Origin: Dicyema japonicum
Lineage: Eukaryota > Animalia > Dicyemida
Length of the DNA: 64,000 nt
Direction of reading: 5' to 3'
NCBI GenBank assembly: GCA_011109175.1
Contig: RDEW01000017.1
Span: 1 to 64,000 of the forward strand
Under the pieces are notes generated by a model, which had not been told where the DNA came from, did no database searches, and saw only the letters and a program-made list of their open reading frames with translations. A program made the translations under genes and the position numbers. Each line of letters opens with the position of its first letter. Position 1 is the first letter of the stretch. Shown here in pieces: positions 26,245-39,149 of this stretch.

Positions 26245-27545
26245 AGTGAACCACACGACGCTATCTTAAGTCTGTGGTCTTCCAATGTACCCAGCACTGC
26301 CTGGAAGCACCTACTTTTGTGCCTTCACAGGTAATCGATTGGGAAGATAACTTCTGGGCCGATCGACTTTCCTTTGCCCGGGAGACAAAAATGAACATAT
26401 TTTTCGAAATTCTACTTCACTCGATCTCGCAAATAGGCCACATTTTGAAAAATTTACTTACAAAAGTCTATTCTCTTTTAATTGGCCAATTTTTAATATA
26501 ATTTGTATTCGATTTTTTAAACAAAATCGGGAGCCGTTGGTCCAATGACGGCTGAGTTCTTGCGAGAACTCGGAGGATTGCTTGCCAGAAAGAAAAGGGA
26601 TCAACGAGAAGGGTTATGGCTAAGACAAAAGATTGGAATAGCCATACTCCGAGGGAACTCGTTCGCAATCCACGCAGCAGGCTTCCTCAACTGACATTTG
26701 TTCAATTGTTAAAAAAATTTATTTTATAAAAAAAAAATTTTTTATACGATTTAGAAAAAAAATAAAAATTAATAAACACATTCTTTCCAATTAAATGAAA
26801 AAACTCAAATTGTTAATTATAAAGAAGATAATGATGTTATTTCGTGCCAGCAGTTAAAAGCTTGAAGAGTTGGTTGAATGGATGGAGGTATTAGAGTCTA
26901 AAGGTACTTTCGAAAAATCAATTTCTATGTGGTTTTAATGACGAAGTGTCTTTTGAACAAACAAATAGTCAAAAAATGAGAGGAATTAACTTTAACATAA
27001 TTTGGATTTCGTTTCAGAATAACAATTCCTTAAAGGTATGGATATAAAAAAATATATCCATTAGTGGCCAATTCAGTTTGTTTCTCCATGTGAAAGAATC
27101 ACAGGTGTATTATGAGATTGATTTCCCATCTGCCCAGCAAGATCGACTGCCTAGAATATATACAAAATATAACCTGGCCCGCTCTGGACATCACATTTAT
27201 TTGTACTAAGTTCTTGTTGTATGTAACAACAATACGGGAAGATTTCGTGGAGACAATCAATAGAAGTGATGTGAGATTAACTCACAAAATAGCTAAAATA
27301 ATTAAAATCTTAATAAGTCAAAACCTCATTCGAATCAAGAAAGCTAATGAGAGTGGATACTATGGCAGCTTTCTTTTGCATAACTTTCCGGATATGAATT
27401 GTGTATGATGAGGGTTCTTGAGATGAGCTGTTCAGGATTCTCGACCCCGCGGACTCGCCCTCTCCATTTTCGGTCTGGGATCACTTAGTTAGATGAGAAC
27501 TTTTATTTCTTTCTCTTTGACCCAGTGATCCTGGGGGTAATAATG
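26245..27545 (+). repeat. copy B of the inverted duplicated block (interrupted by a CRE fragment, internally deleted)
   Basis: see copy A at 16670-18045. Confidence 0.85.
26520..26700 (+). mobile_element. CRE-like retrotransposon 3' fragment
   Basis: SGAVGPMTAEFLRELGGLLARKKRDQREGLWLRQKIGIAILRGNSFAIHAAG*; near-identical fragment at 60360-60500. Confidence 0.8.
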
Positions 27546-29304
27546 ATAATTCTAAATTTAACTCAATATTACTGAATGATGGTTTATTTTACTTCGAGTA
27601 CCATGAGTTGTCACATAACTTCGAGTTGTAGTTGTCTTTAATTTTGTATTCAAATGGGGTGTCGTTTTGAATGGAGATTTATTTCAAAAATCACATCCGA
27701 GATCTAAATGTCGGTTATTATAAGTTACTTCCGCTTCAAAAAAGAGGTGAATTAAGTCCGCCCTCTTCTATTTTCATCTCACTCCCTACCGTCGCGGATA
27801 TCACTTGATAATTAGGGGGAAGAGTTTTCAAAATTGAAATCTTCACCAGTGAATTTGGTCGGGGAGAAGGTATGAAATCCCTTACAACTACTGTGTCGCT
27901 CCAAAAGTACTCATCCTTGACTGATGGTTCTGCTTGACGAGAATACCTTTGCAGAAAAGTCCATCTTTCATATTCGAACACACGATGGTCAGTTCCTATA
28001 TCATCAGAAGTTCAGCCAATAAGGTCAGCAGCCCTCATTGAGTATGAAAGATCAATCACAATACACTATTAAGATAATATTAAGAACATTCTAGAAGTAA
28101 CACCTGTTCATCTTCAAAGTAGACATTCCTCCAATTAGGTTATTATACACTTCTCCAATTTAGATGCAGATATTGTATTTTGTGATTCAATGTTTTTTTT
28201 ATTTCAAAGTTTCCCGATGTCCTTTAGGTTCATTAAGAAGTGAGACAAAAAATATACTGTGGTAAGATGAAAAAATTGAGAAATAATCCATATCCTACCA
28301 GACTGCGTCAATAACTCAACCTTCACGTCGATTAACCACTTGATAACCGGTCGTATATTAAAGTGAATTTTACTTTCTAGTCAATCACTTCAGAAATTAA
28401 GTCACTTTCATTCAAAATTTGAAGTTCCGACCTTTCCAGCCCTTCTGTCTGGACTCTGTTTCTGTGGAAGTGAAACTGGATACACTTGAAAAACATCGAG
28501 AGATTCTCTTTTTTGCTTGCTTATGAGTCATTGAGACAATCAGGTTCTGCAATGATGAATCATTGATGACGGCGTCACTCATCAATCCAGAGGTACGACT
28601 CAATCGATGAATCTTCTCTACACAGAGTCATCAAACATTCATGAGGTCAGACAAAAAATATATTTTTACTGTAAAACCCCTTGAACTCACTTAATTGTTA
28701 TAAAATAAAATCCCTAAGAAATTAAGTGACTGCGATGAACTATTCCTAAAAATAAATGATGTTATCACGGACAACGTCAGAGTTTCTCATCCTCTTTTTT
28801 AAATCTTCCCTGTGGAAATTATCACCCCTGTCAATAATTTATAGCCCCCACATTTATTATTATTTAACATTTGAAGACGTGGTAAAACCAAACTAATTAT
28901 CACAAAATCCGATAAGTTCCATAAATGACCTCATCTTGGTCCAGTGTTTTTCCACCGTGCCCGTGCTTGATCGTACGAGGCGGCTGACTAAATTTACGGG
29001 ACCACAATACCCCATTCTGGAGTCTAGTTTCATAGGGCCTCTTGAGGCGTTGGTCCGGTACTGTGTTTCCCGCAAATCCAACACTCCGTCAGTTCGAAGA
29101 TCTCTTTTGCATTTCCTAGATCTTCCTCATATTTGTCCAAGATATGGATTGTACTAAAAAGTTGTTAATGTGACCCTGGGATACAAAAAATCGTGTGATG
29201 GAGGAATATCTCATGTAACAATGAAGATTATTCAGAAGTCCAGAACAGTTCTACCCTCGGTATTAAATGAAGAATTAGAAGGCGTCGGCAGATAACAAAA
29301 AATA

Positions 29305-29570
29305 ATAACAGTCTTTTCACGAGAGCCATGATACTTGTAGCTCACATAGACAGGACACGTACTTCATTAAAGCATAGAAGAGAAGAGAGGGAATGCTCTT
29401 CACCTCTTTTTTCTTTTTGTTGCAGGTGAGTCCTTTATAGACGAGCCGGTTGCGCAGTGAAATATTTACTGATGACGGCATCACTCGTCAATCCAAAACA
29501 TTGTAAATGCGTGCCACCTCTATTATTAGCTAGATGCGTCCAGGTGGTCAGGGGATTTCGATTCTTGTTT
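29305..29570 (-). mobile_element. tRNA-derived SINE
   Basis: reverse complement of the core GAGTGATGCCGTCATCAGTAAAT..CACTGCGCAACCGG and of the 3' tail GGCTCTCGTGAAAAG. Confidence 0.75.
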
Positions 29571-29699
29571 TACGTTTTTCAAGTTCCGTTAAAGGACGAT
29601 TGACAAATTTATCATAGACCTTAACGGAAACGGTCTTTTTGACTAACATACTTGGCGAAAAAACAAAGAAATTATTAGTTATAAAATTTCATAAGTTTT

Positions 29700-29960
29700 T
29701 TTTTTCTTTTTGGTTGAGGTGGTGACGTGCCTTTCTTGCACAAGATGTCTTCTTTATGCATTCAATCTTCTCTGTTCATTGGATCATTTCTTTAGTAGGT
29801 TTGCTGACAGTCACTATGAATGTTGCAGATCTTGTCCAAATTCGTTGCAGAAAGGTTAGATCCCCAGACATTACATGCGTATCCTATTCGATGAACTGTT
29901 TGTATGTGACATCCAGTCTACTCATCCTTTTTGTCTCTTAGGTTTTCCAGGAAGTTGATA
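29700..29960 (-). mobile_element. LINE RT thumb fragment
   Basis: IGYACNVWGSNLSATNLDKI resembles IEYACASWAYGASISNSLKI. Confidence 0.5.
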
Positions 29961-30189
29961 GATGGAAATGGGAAAAATAATTTAATAAAGTAGAATTTTT
30001 CAAAATTTAATAAAAGAATTAAAACACTTAATTATTATTTAAAATAATTATTTAAGTGATCTCGAAGGCCTCAATAATAGCCGCATGGTGCCATGTGGTA
30101 CTTCGTGGCTAATTGATTGAAGTCATTGTTTTGTTCGTCTGTTCCTCCCTCTTCTTATTAGAGTGGCGTCATGTGATCCACTTGTCTAG

Positions 30190-30395
30190 GTGGCGCCCAT
30201 TGCCAGTCCGGCACGAAAAAGGATCATTTGCTCTTCCCCACTCCACTGGAGGGGTTTCCACAACTGCAAGTATGGACGTCATTTACCCTTTATTTTAATT
30301 CCGGATGGACTTTTTCTGTAGAAGTGGAAACTGGATACACTTAATTAGTTGTTTACTTTAACTTTTTCTAAGTGTATCCGGGGTTAATAAATTAA
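30190..30395 (+). mobile_element. LINE 3'-end fragment (degenerate CCHC tail, ORF ends TGYT*, hairpin)
   Basis: HCQSGTKKDHLLF; perfect 11-bp stem GGATACACTTA/TAAGTGTATCC; GGGGTTAATAAA. Confidence 0.8.
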
Positions 30396-31498
30396 AATAA
30401 TAACAAAATCCAGTTTAAATTTTTAAAAGTTTATGTACTTTCTGTCCTGAATGTTGTGATGGCCAACCTGGTGACCTTAATGAGTTCACATCTATGTGGG
30501 CACATGGCATGTGATAATCTAGCATGGAGGATACAATTAATAAGTATATGGAAAGAGAATCCCGTAAAGAAGATATCCGTACACATGGAAACCTTCTCTG
30601 TTTTTATGCGATAACTTTGAAGGCCAGAAGACCAAAGAGCTGGTGATTAACTCCCAAATAGATATATTCCATGATGTTATTTAAATTATCATCAATTATA
30701 CTCCCAATTGGAAAACTTGTCGTTGTGATGGTGTATTTTGTTTCTTTGTTTACAATTTGTTTTTTCCTCTTAAAGAGAACATGTCCGTCAGGTGACGTCC
30801 GGACAATGTAAGAACTTGTTTTTACAAGGGTTAATTGATTATATGGAAGTGTTCGATCTTATATGGGACAATCAATTGGAAGCGAGGAGTGAGCATTGAT
30901 GACCCAACAAAGAACATGAGAACCCTCTGTTTGCAATGTGGATTGACGTAAAAAAATTTTCTGTGAACCTCAATCTCGTGTGTACTGGGTTGTTCCTATT
31001 TCCCAATCTGATTAAAACTGCATTTACTTTAACTTATAATTTATGAATATTTACTAAGAAGAAATATACGATGTTGAAATTTTTATCTTTTTGTATAACT
31101 CTAAGAAACATTGAAAAAAGGTGCTAGTAACCGAACTACAGTAGGGCAAATAAGTCATGGCACATCTAGCATTTTTTTTAATTTGACATATTTTATAATG
31201 ATTTCGATTTAGTTTATCACACTACTCAATGAAATCCTGCATTCTTTTTAACAAATTTTGTATTAATTATATTTACGAATTTCAAATAAATATGAAAATG
31301 CACTATAAATGAAAAATGTCACTTTGATGTGTCAAAAAGTGATGGTACTGTACAAGAAATAAGGATTTTTTAGACAATAAGATATGAAGGATTATCTTTT
31401 GATAGCTTGTTTTTTTCTCTGAAATGATTGATTAACAGATCTGATTAATATAATTATACTTTCATTTTTTTGCCCGTTATTAAAATTATCATGTATGT

Positions 31499-31815
31499 GA
31501 GGCTTAGTGGTTAGGTGTCGGGCTTAAGTGGCTTAGGCTACGGGTTCGAATCTCGCTGCTGTTCACCTGGTGGAAGGTTCCACGTATCTACGATGCAGAA
31601 AGGGTTTGAAAAGTGACGCCGTCATCAGTGAATACTCACTGCGGAACTGGATTGTCTAGAAAGGACACTCACACAAGAAAAAGAAAAAAAGAAGTGAAGA
31701 TCATTCCTTGCTTCTACGATTAGTTAAAATTAACTGTTCTTTACTTAAATAAAGTGTGTGTCCTGCCTATGTGGAGCTATAAATACTATGGCTCTCGTGA
31801 AAAGGCTTCATTATT
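31499..31815 (+). mobile_element. full-length tRNA-derived SINE with 8-bp TSD ATGTATGT
   Basis: A-box GGCTTAGTGGTTAGG, B-box GGGTTCGAATCTC, (ATT)n tail; TSDs at 31491-31498 and 31816-31823. Confidence 0.85.
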
Positions 31816-32410
31816 ATGTATGTAAGGAAAGAGCATTCTTTGGATCTAAAACAACGAGTTGTAACGACCCACCAAAGAGGTATAAGTCATAGAGAGATTT
31901 CTAAATTATTGACAAAAAGTACTGTTCGGAATATTATCACCCTATGGAAACAACACGGAACTGTTGTTAATCGACCAAGATCAGGTGCTCCTAGGAAAAA
32001 ATCTCAACATTCTAGCTCATTAATGAAAGGAATAGTTTTACAAAACCAAGAATTACTCAAAAATAATTGACTGTTGATTTGATTATTACAGGAACATTAG
32101 TGTCCCCTCGTACAATTACTTCCACACTACGTAGTGAAGATATCAATAAACGAAGGCCCCGTCGTGTTCTGTTAGTAAAGAAAATACAGAAAATACACTA
32201 AATAAAGAAAATGAATTCATGAACAATATTTTATGGTTAGACGAATCAAAAATACATCTTTTCCGTCTGAACTACACGTCATCAATTTGGCGTAAATCCA
32301 ATCAGGCGTATAACGTATAACCAACAATGCACATACTTACCATAAAGCACGGGGGAGGTGGTATCATGCTGTGGGGCTGTTTTTCATCTACAAGAGTCGG
32401 TGAATTATTT

Positions 32411-32563
32411 TTTTTATTTTTTTTAAACCAATATCAATTTATTGAAGAATAAAACCAAATAGTTAAAGGCTACTGGCTGCTCTCAGGATTGAGAGCGCAT
32501 TTCCCCTTACGATCTGTAAGGAGATGCGCTCAATGAGCCAGCCCTTCTCTCTGACATCCCTCT
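32411..32563 (-). mobile_element. short polyadenylated retroposed element with a strong hairpin; TSD TGAATTATTT
   Basis: T-run and TTTATT at the left end; inverted repeat GAGCGCAT..CTTAC/GTAAG..ATGCGCTC; direct repeat flanks. Confidence 0.6.
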
Positions 32564-35289
32564 TGAATTATTTTCAATATGGAATAATGAATTCGCTCAA
32601 CTATTGCGAAATCTTAGAAAAATATCTGTTACCTTCGGCCACTAAATTAAATTTGACACAACACTGGATACTCTAGCATGACAACGATCCAAACACAGGT
32701 GAATGGTTAGAACGAATCGAAATAAATGTTTTGGAATGGCAAGTCAATTGCGAGACATCATTCCAATCGTACATTTATGGAAAATTTTAAAAATCAAAGT
32801 TGGTTTAAGGAAACCAAAAATATTCACGAATTGAAAACAATTTGCTATGAAGAATGGGAAAATATTACCCCATTTGAATGGCAGAAGCTTATTTGCCTTA
32901 CAAAAAAGATTGGAAGCAGTGCTACTAGCAAAGGGGAGTTCAACTAAATATTAATTGGATTTCGTGCATGACTTTTTTCCTTCAATAAAATTGACTTATA
33001 AAAATAAATCGCTAATTATTGCCCTATAAATAACTCGATTTAACATTGTTTTTAAACAATTAATATAAAAATCCTATATTTATATTTTTTAAACTACAGT
33101 ATTTAATAATATTTTCGAGGAGAATTATTAAATCTAGTCAAAATTTGCAAGGGTGCCATGACTTTTTTGCCCCACTGTAATTAGGTGATCTTTGTCTCCT
33201 TATCACCCTTGCTATTATCGTCCTGTGCTCATCGAGGGACCTCAGCGTCTCCATGATAGGCAAAAAAGTCGCGAAGGGTGATGTCTAGACCACTTTGACA
33301 ATCCCCAGAAACAATAATTCTGAGGTGTTCATGAAAAATCCAGAAATTCCTTTCCAAACATCACGTCCATCCATATTCGCAGATTTGGGAACCCCTCCAA
33401 TGGAGTAAGAAAAAATATGTCCGGCATCTCCTGTGATAGGTGGATCGCATGATGTCTCTTAGTATTCAAAGAAGGCACAGAGCGATTGAAAATCCTTAGG
33501 CCTAGTATGAGAGATCGGTGCGGAAATCTAACCTACACCTAATAACAACGTGACGACACCACTAACTACTCTGCTAACCTTAAATTTTGAGCTGAAACTT
33601 CGATCATCCTGATACTGTGCTAAAGAAGTACAACCAGATAGATACATTAAAAGTATGAAATCCGAAATTTTGAAAATAATTATGCTGACTTACCAGAGGG
33701 ATTGATGCAGTGTAGATTCCCAGTGCCATCGGACCCCATTGCAAGGCGCCGACGTGAAAAAAGAAGAAAAAGAATGCCGATTCTAAGATAAACTTATATG
33801 ATGATTAACTCAGAATTCAAAGATAAACCACAGAAGGAAACTAGAAATGGACACCGGGATCACTTAAAATAACTCTTACCCTATTTTCGTAGTTCTCGGG
33901 ATAAATAAATTAAAATGCCTTGTTTATATGGTGTGCCCTTAATCTGTCCTCATCAAAGAATATAAGAACCCATTTTTGAAAATGGTTGTCCAAGTGGACC
34001 AAGCTCAATCGGTTATGAAAAACACTCAGATTGAGTTCCTCCTTAGACAAGGAGGATCCACTTTCGGGAGGCGATGGAATTGCTTGCGGACCACTCTATA
34101 AGAGTCTGGAGATTATTGGGAGCTGAGATGATTTAATTGGCTTTGACTCCTTCTTTGTAAAGTCGTGAATTAAATTCTAACCAAAGCTTCGCTAACAAGT
34201 CAAGTCACTCCCAGATATTATTCACTTTCACGTGGAGTCCTGATGGTCAAACGCAAACAAAGAGATCTCGTACTTCTCTTCCTCCCAAAAATGGATAACA
34301 CCAAAACATCTGCGGGGGAATCCCACTTTGATGATGCTTAAACACAATGATTTTAAAATGTAGATCTCAAAAGTCTACATCCAGTATTTTGTTGTTCCTA
34401 CGGGGGCGTATGGCTCGGATAAACATAATGATTATTTTAGCGTTTATAGGCTGTGTAAGGTGGTGACCCCCGAGAACTCACAGTGTCGTATGTTGTCTAA
34501 TGTCCAAATGAAAGTTATAATGGTCTTATAAGTATCGACACTTAATGGCTCGTATTTACTGTCTCAACTCTTATGATGGTCTACTAAACTGAACTCACGT
34601 TGCTTGTAAGTGGATGAACAATCTTACAGTTTGTGATTCATCATAATACAATCGGTCATTGCCAGTCGAATTTTTCTCCCCCTTTCTTCGTTCCTTATTT
34701 TCTTTCGGTCTATTAGAGTACGTCATAAGAACCATCTGTTTCGATGTCACCCAGTGATAAAATGAGAAAGGATCAGTTACTCTCCTCCAGTCCATTGGAG
34801 GGTTCCCACACTCCAAGGACTGGATCTGTTCTTCCGTTTTGTTGTTTCTGGTTTACTTGATGCAATATTGGGACTTCTGCGGCCATGGGAACACGATAGA
34901 TTTGATTAGTTGTTTACCCCAATTTCCCTGACACTATCCACTGTTCGTTTGTTGCTTCCTGGTGACTAGTTCTGTCCTTGACCTCATCATTCCGTAGAAT
35001 ATTCTCTTGATCACTGTGCTTAGATGAAAGCTTCACTGAAACGCTTCAAAACAATGGGGTTAGTTAGTTTGTTTTATAAACATTAGAGATACCGAAAAAC
35101 CTCTCAAAACTATTGAAGATCGACAAGCATCATATCCTAGGAACGTTGTACGACCAGCATATCGAGTCATGCATTTCTTACGCATGTGGCTTTTAGGGTC
35201 CATTGATCTCCGGGTTAAATGCGAGAAGATCGCAGCAATCTAGAAAAAGGCTAGTAGAGTGCTGAATCAATGGATTACTAAAGAGAAAT

Positions 35290-35830
35290 AGTTTTTACCA
35301 GCTCCTTTGAAAACTTTAACTTTTCTTGCAGAGTGGTGAAACACAAGTGACGTGGAACAGATTTGGATATAAAAATTTCATTGGGGTCCCAGCTAAAATT
35401 AGATTTATTCCTACCACTTGTCATATATCTTTCGGCATCTGTGACGAATAGGACGAACTTTGCACGTTCAATTGAAAATTTCTTTATTATTTCATCAACT
35501 TCAACACAAATTGTTGAAGTAGTAGGCGGATAATATAGATTGGTACACGATACTAAATGAAGATTTTTGGAGTGGAGATTTTCCCAATCAGAGTAATTAA
35601 AAAGCGAGTTGCGTTGACTTGAGCTTCATCGCAAACCAGAAAAACATATTCCCCACTATTGAATAACTTAAAAAAACAACAGTAAATGAGTCTGAATATT
35701 TTTTCTTTACATTTTGATATTTGTTTTATATTTGACCTACATGTAGATTCGGATGGCAGATGATACGTTTCATCTTCAAAAAGGCGTATGAGAGAATGCC
35801 GACACCTAACCACTATGCCACCCGGCTAAC
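35290..35830 (-). mobile_element. hAT-like transposase fragment (N-terminal and catalytic part)
   Basis: LPSESTCR...YVFLVCDEAQVNATRFLITLIGKI; FHHSARKVK. Confidence 0.55.
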
Positions 35831-37699
35831 TACCAGGTTATTGGTAAATTTTATAATAGGTTCGAATTGTAAACGATTATGGATGTAATCCTTCACTAAA
35901 TTTAAAAAAATTAGAATTTCCATATGGGAGGTAGTAACCATCTCTGAATTGTTGGCTAACAATATGGTAATGTAAAGGATGAAGACGGAATCACTAAAAA
36001 ATACACATGTCCAGGCTGAAAAAATGTTTATTAAATTTTAAATTGAATAAAAATTTTAATATTTTAGAATTTGATTATTTTTAAATATTAAGACAGAAGT
36101 GGAAGTTTTAGATGAAAAGATCTAAAAAACCTTATCATTGTAAATGATTCTCTTTTTCAGTCTAAGTGGTCACATGACGTCATGGCAAGGATTGCTGAGA
36201 AAAAAGATCTTGAAGATTATAATTTAGTTGAATATTCATTTATTTTTAGTTTCAGTTCAAAAATTTTAAAAACCACAACGAATCATTAGAAGAAAGCTAT
36301 TTTTTAAATTCAAATATTTTGGCGGGAAATATCAAAACTTTGAATCGACGTGTGTTAAAAGAACTGATAACAGGAATATACAATTAAAAAAAAATTAAAT
36401 GTCTATTCTCAGGAATTTTTTATGCTATTAACAGGAGACGTCTAACTGGGATTAAGATAAGTTACTTCACTTCACAAGGAGATTTGCTTTCGCAAGAAAA
36501 TTTTATATCGTAAAAATTAAATATTAACTCAGGTTGTCTGTTAAAAATTATCTTAATTGTCTGTGAGGTTTTGGTGATATTCAGTTAATTAAATGACTTT
36601 AAAAATCCTTCAGTTCTGAGTTCTTTGTACAACTAATACATTGAACCAATTGGTTTTAACTGGAAATTTCAGGATAACTTTCAGCTCCTCAGCAAATAAT
36701 ATTTGGAGAAATTCTCATCTTTAAGTAATTCGTAATATGTGTTTTCCTTACAGACATTGCTTATATTTTTATAAAATGGATAAGTCATAGTTAATTTCGA
36801 AGAAGCTAACTAGCAATCTGATTTCCCTTATTGCAAACGCCCTATGACAGCGTATGGGGAAATATCAATAATCATTAGCGTTTATCACGCGTTTGTGGAT
36901 CACTAGTTTTATAAGTTCTAGAGACCCCAGAAGACAACTAGTGTGTTTCTACCGTGAAATAATCTTCCTTCTTGTCGGCGTGTCCACTCTGCTACAAAGT
37001 GTTGAAATCACGTGGTTGTCAATGATGGTAATACAGTGAAGCATGCATTATTAGAAACATATAAGGTTATATTTTCACATGTGCAACACCAAACGATTCT
37101 GTCTATTAGCTTCTTCTACATTTCTTAATGATATGGATTTTCCTCGATGAACTAGAATACTTAGTGTAACTGATGCTTGTTTACTTTTCTAAGATCATAT
37201 CGGATGTCTACTAAAAGAAATCTCATCAATTTTGTTCATATAATTGCTGTATGTCAGGAGTATCCAAAATTTTTGATCCGTCGCCTTTCAAAAATTTTGA
37301 GCAAAATTAAAAAAATGTTAGAATTTTGAGATCACATAAATCTTTGACCTTTACGTTATTTCTTTTCAACATTATTTCATATTATTTTTTATTAAGAATA
37401 AATATAATAAAGGTCACTGACCGTGTCAAACAGAATCGGATTGTTCATTGCGATATGAAAAATGATAGAAGAAAAATGTTCTGGCTAATTGACCGTATTC
37501 TCTTGCAAATCGTCAGGAGAAATGCGTTCTCGATTATGAGAGCAGCCAGTAATTGCTAACTATTAATTTTTGTCTTTAATTGGCTTAATAAATTAAAAAA
37601 AGATTAAAAAGGTCAAGTACTGCAAGTAACGTTTATTTTAAAGGGTTTTCCTATCACTAACGACACTTCGTCAATCACTAACGACAATAGTCAATCAAT

Positions 37700-38150
37700 A
37701 ACGCCAGAAAATTAATTTTTACAACAATATTAGTTAAACACAAAAAATATTCATTGATCGATAATTTCACTATTAACTGCTCTTCTTTCATCTTCTGAAG
37801 TATCCTTCACTGTTTTCAGGGGTTATCAATTCGAAAGAGATGTCTTAGCTGTAAATCATCAATAGCAGCCTCTCTCTTAACAGAATTCTGCCATTTTGAG
37901 AACAAATTCTAAAGTGGATTAAGGAATGGTGAGTATGGAGGAAGATATAGGTTCTGGTTACTTAACCAATTTGCTTATTCAGTGACTCTTAGATAATGTC
38001 ATAAATCCCCTTGGTTAAAGCAACCGTTACTTTGAATAGCTTGGAGCTACAGGTACTCCTATCAAAGTAAGTAAATCTCTAAGGTTATTGGGCGCTTCAA
38101 AGGTTATTATGAAGAATATTATTTGTTTGATTTGAATGACAAGGAACCAT
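37700..38150 (-). mobile_element. IS630/Tc1 (DDE_3) transposase remnant
   Basis: LYLPPYSPFLNP..NLFSKWQNSV motif at about 37880-37960. Confidence 0.7.
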
Positions 38151-39149
38151 AACGGCTCAACACTCAAGTCTGACAAAGAGGAACACGGCGTAATTATAAT
38201 CCAATTTTCCAGGATCTATCAATACATTCCCCCAAGATTTCCTTACTAGCGACCTAATCTTACTAAGCTAACAATCAAAGACTTAATTTTAAAAGCTAAA
38301 AAAGAGCTGATTGTATAATTTTGAGTTGTTTGTCGACTGGAACCTTATGGATTTAACCCAAGTTCATTCATTTCCATCGACTTGACTGTTGATTAGTTAA
38401 GAGATGTTTTAGTATCTACTAAGAGTCGGTTTGTGTCTCGGCAATCTCAAGTCCATAAACCTTGCCTTTAACTCAGAAACCGAAAAAAGTTATGCCAAGG
38501 GTGCCGTTCTTGCTGTTGTTTTACTTAGCTTAACATCCGTCTAATTAACAGATAAATTACTATTCTAATTTTAAATTTAAATTTATTGAACCAGAAAACA
38601 CCGTCATAGCTAAAATTAAAAAATTCAGGTAATCAATATTTTCTAATTTTCTCGTGATGAAAAACGAGTTTACTTAATCGCTTTAACTTTTAGATAGGTT
38701 TAATCACTGTTTATGTTTCTATTTTATCCAGCAACAAATTAGTAATTTATTTTAAAAAGACACTGTCATTCGGATATGGAGTAGGTAATGTATCCCTTAC
38801 TTAAGCCTTAGGCGGACTTCATACTTTATTTTAAGAATTTATGTGTTGGATGAATTTATGGACGGATTAGGGTTAAGGCGAATTCTAGAATGGGTTAGGG
38901 TCAATTTATGGAATGGGTTAAGGTCAGGGTACCGCATCTGACATATAGCAGGAGCTAGCTGGTTGCTAGTGAAGTGAACAGGAGAATTTTTGGGGACAGA
39001 CGCTGGGTCTGTTTGAGGTCAACTCAGACTCGAGGTCAACAGGCATGATAGTGGCTGTTCCTAGAGACCATGTCGTACAACACTGAATTAATCCTTTTTA
39101 TCAAATGATGTCTGTTATAAACAAATTAAGAAGTGCTCGTAAAAACCCC

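Larger units (their letters stand above)
31139..33177 (+). mobile_element. Tc1-like DNA transposon, degenerate, with two nested retroposons
   Basis: TA-flanked TIRs CAGTAGGGCAAATAAGTCATGGCAC / GTGCCATGACTTTTTTGCCCCACTG; HTH (GTVVNRPRSGAPRK), [31 protein letters not shown]. Confidence 0.9.

Noticed and set aside
31499-31570. tRNA gene (also B-box hits at about 12308, 14590 and 24223)
   Set aside because: A/B boxes are present, but I could not fold a cloverleaf with an acceptor stem. These are SINE heads or unassigned.
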